Positions 60,601 through 64,000 of a stretch of DNA of 64,000 bases are shown one piece after another. The notes below the pieces were generated by a model. It did not search any database. It worked only from the letters and a program-made list of their open reading frames with translations, and was not told where the DNA came from. The stretch's first letter is position 1. Every line of letters begins with the position of its first letter. The position numbers and the translations under genes are program-made. Origin of the DNA: Selaginella moellendorffii (taxonomy: Eukaryota > Plantae > Lycopodiophyta); assembly GCF_000143415.4 (NCBI RefSeq), contig NW_003314310.1, forward strand, positions 738,611 to 802,610, in the 5' to 3' direction.

Positions 60601-62796
60601 CCTGGTCACAGCCATGGGCATCTTGAGAGAGAGAGAGGGAATATTCTAATGCTTGGAATATTCTAAATGGTTGTATAAAAACCCTAGAAGGGCAAAATAT
60701 TAAGGGTTCTACACTTTATATCCGGAGCTATAGCATGAAGAGAGAGCTTAGGATGTGAGTAGAGCCACAGAAAAGAGGAGGATTGAGGTACTACACCTTA
60801 ACACTTTATCCTGTTGAGTCAAGTGAGAGATGTTACCCTTGGTTCTAAGTTTATAAGATGCTATACCCTTGTGCAAGCACTCACCAATTCTAACATTGAG
60901 TGTTGGAAAACTAGAAGATGGTGCAAGAGAAGTGACTAGATGTTATTATGTAAGGTTGCACTTTCAATGTCATGTCATACCAGCTCTAACTCCTTGTCTT
61001 CTTAATATTCCCCAAAGTTATCAATGGCTGCTTTTTTCATGTCTGCTTTTTTCTGGTTTGCTTTCTTCAAGGTTGCTTATTTCTTGTTGACAACTCCTAG
61101 GTTTGTTTCAGTCTCTACTTTCCTCTCTACTTTCTTCAAACCCAAGCAACTGGATTTGGCAAAGACTTGTAACTCCTCATCAACTACAAGGTTTGTATAA
61201 CCTACTTTCTTCCTGTTTGCTTTTTTTGAAGCTCTTACTTTCATGCTAGGAACCTTGCCAACCTCCACAAATTTGCCACTGAGTTTCACTCCCAGTCCAA
61301 ACCAATCTTCTACACAAAAACTCCTGATCATAAAAGGACCTCCACTCCTTTACTGTGCAAGCAATCACACTATGCCAAGGTTACTATCGAAAGACTATTA
61401 GCTGGTCCATTCTACTTGCTACCCATTTGAAATAAAAAAAAAGTCACTACTCTTGGAAATTAACAACAGTGTCTCTTAGCTGTGCCAATGCCTCTACTCC
61501 TAGAACAATATCAATTGCTCCCATGCCCAAAATATAAAAAATCTCCTTGAATATTATATTTGTTCACATTGAAGGAGCACCAAGCTTGCTCATATGCACT
61601 TACAGTCTTGCCATCTACAATCTCCACCTCTAAAGAACAACAAAGTAGATAAGTCTAGTGTTGAGGTATGGCATCTTGATCCTCCTCCTCTTTATGGTTT
61701 TGCTCACATCCTAACCTCTCTCTCCATAGCTCTAGCTCAAAACACTAAGTGCAAAACCTTTGATATTTTGCCCTTGTGGGTTTTTTTATACAACCATTTA
61801 GAATATTTTGAGAATCAGAATATTTCCTCCTTTTTGTGTGTGTGCCTATAATAAGCAACTACAATGGATCACCACATATTCCAACTTGGCAAGAATCCAC
61901 AACCAAGCTAAAGAAATCTAATGCCAAGAGCTGATAACTACTGCAAGTGATAAAAACAAGAAAAGACAAAAGAAAAGAAAAAGAAAAAAATAAAAAAAGT
62001 GAAAGGGAAATGAAGTGTGGAGTTTAGGGTTAGAGGGAAAACCTCTAAGCTAGAATTGGATGCTCAAATTGGGAAAAGTGATAAAAAAAGTAAAATAAAA
62101 AATAAGAAAAAACAAAAGGGAAAACAAGGCATGAACCTAGACTCTAATCTCATAGGTATTCACACTTTGAACACACCCAACTCATCCCTAAAATTCTAGA
62201 GAAGAAAGTGAAGTGAAGTGAATGCATTACACAATGAAGGTATGTGTGGAAAGAGATGAAAATTGCAGCCCAAAAAGTGATGAGATGGATGGGATTGGAA
62301 TCTGCCTTATAGTGAATAATGGAGAGAACCATTTCTAATGTGATGTAGTAAGACTAGAAGTAGCAATCAATATATTGTCAAGATTTTATGAAGAGCATGT
62401 TGCGACCCAAGATGAACTGGCTTCTATGGCCAATGCAACTGGAAGAATGTGGATGTAGGAGACTTTTCTACTCTAGTGATGAATGTTTGGATGTCTATTC
62501 CATGCAAGCCCAATCAACTAAAGAAAAGAGTTGGAATGCCCCTGCATTTACTGCAAATCTCATGCAATGATGGTTCAAGTTGTATTTTTTGTCTCTAACA
62601 TCCAAAAGTTTAATTTCTACTGTGTTTGAAAGTCTTCTTGATATAGTAATGTTGGAAGATCCTAAGTACCATGTGTGAATGGTGCAAAACTAATAAAAAA
62701 CCAAGATTGAGCATGTGTGATAATGGAATGTAGTGACTATGAAATTGAATAGAGTGATTTTTGAAATTGTAGTGACTATGAAATTAAATAGAGTGA

Positions 62797-63248
62797 TTCT
62801 CTCTATATTTGAACCCCATGGATTGTCTTTTAAGTTGTTCTCTTTGGTTGCTTACAATCTACCACGCTTTCCTGCAAGTTCACGCCCTCGTGAACGGAAG
62901 CTAAGAGCTGCAACTCTCCCGAGAGCTCTGCTCTCCTGACACCCTACCCCTCGGGTTAAGCCCAGCTGGAGCATGGACCCTTGCCAAATATCAATCAACA
63001 TGTGGTATGATTCCCCTAGTCAACCAACAGAGTTGAACTTAAAACCTCTGATACCAAATATAAGCTCCTGAATTTGGACTTCTTGGGAGGTCACCTAGCC
63101 TAATATTCAAACCCAAGGACTTTTAACCCTAATATCCCAAGACCTTTAACCGATTGAAAAAGGGGGTGCACTCTTGTTTATAAGCCCTTTCTCTTTATAT
63201 TTAAATCCTATAGATCATCTATCAAATCATTCTTTTTGGTTGCTTATA
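62797..63248 (-). mobile_element. Truncated Cassandra TRIM
   Basis: Partial LTR to 62856, single-copy interior, PBS complement ctctgatacca, and LTR 63059-63248 with the 5S segment. A 39-bp-period duplication (62729-62798) abuts the truncation. Confidence 0.85.
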
Positions 63249-64000
63249 GCATGGTATTGATTACTTAAACCAAAAAACTAATCCTTACAATCTTGATTGA
63301 TCCACTTATAATTATGCCTAAGAAGGATCCACTAATGCTATACTAAATAGCTACAAACCAGCTTATTTACCACTCATAGCAAACCTAAGAAAGGTTTACT
63401 TTTATTCATGGTAATATGGAATAACTCATAGAACTAATGATAGGCTAATATTAATCTTGCCAACTAAAAATGTAACCTTGAATTGCTAATGTGTCTCACT
63501 TACAAAAACTCATGCAAATGCATACAGCCAAGGAGCGAAGGAACTGAAGCACAAAATAACTCTTGAGTGTTTAATTTAAGAAGTGAAGGGACAAAAGCAC
63601 AAAGTGAAGAAACAAGTGGTGGCTTAACGCAAGGATATGAATACTTTATTAGTTAATATGGTATAGAGCTTGGGTTTGAACTCAAAATAAAAATAGGCAT
63701 GTAACCATGGAGTTAAACTGAAGTTCAAGTTAGTTGCCACCTACCCACTATCTTTATTATATATTTGGAACCCCCCCCAACCCCTGCCCCCCCACCCCCC
63801 CAAAGGTAATCCACACTTTAGGATATCACCCTAATCCCAAAAATGCACACTTTAAACTTTCACCCCAATCCTAGGAGTTAGTCTCTAGGACATGGGATTA
63901 ACACCATGGGGTTTAGGACACTCTCTATATTTAGTATTAGTAGATATGTCTCTTAAGCAAATCTAAAAACTTACCATAAATAACATATGGATTTGGAACG

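Overview
Repeat-dense eukaryotic nuclear DNA, almost certainly a land plant (tRNA-iMet-primed LTR elements, 5S-bearing Cassandra TRIMs, PLS-type PPR remnants); the lineage cannot be fixed from sequence. Coordinates, counts and alignments were read by eye. 3.1-40.7 kb and 55-58 kb are dominated by one non-autonomous LTR family ('family A', LARD-like). It has 1.4-2.2 kb LTRs carrying a variable 6/11/12-bp satellite, and a ~4.1 kb ORF-less interior containing a tRNA-like four-hairpin module. Family A occurs as three nested two-LTR copies with target-site duplications (TSDs) plus several solo LTRs, which host a TRIM, a Cassandra solo LTR and an internally deleted Copia. These sit in older, decayed Gypsy and Copia elements. 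40.9-50.5 kb is the unusual part: (i) a ~1.2 kb-arm inverted repeat whose loop holds an intact intronless 149-aa secreted Cys-rich gene and whose stem tip is complementary to that gene; (ii) a PPR-derived pre-miRNA-like hairpin; (iii) a ~3.95 kb DNA transposon with perfect 25-bp TIRs of unfamiliar type, carrying an FCP1/NIF-type HAD phosphatase exon opposite a second gene fragment. Most long ORFs in the supplied track are artefacts of the satellite or of N gaps (7100-7241, 46877-47675).
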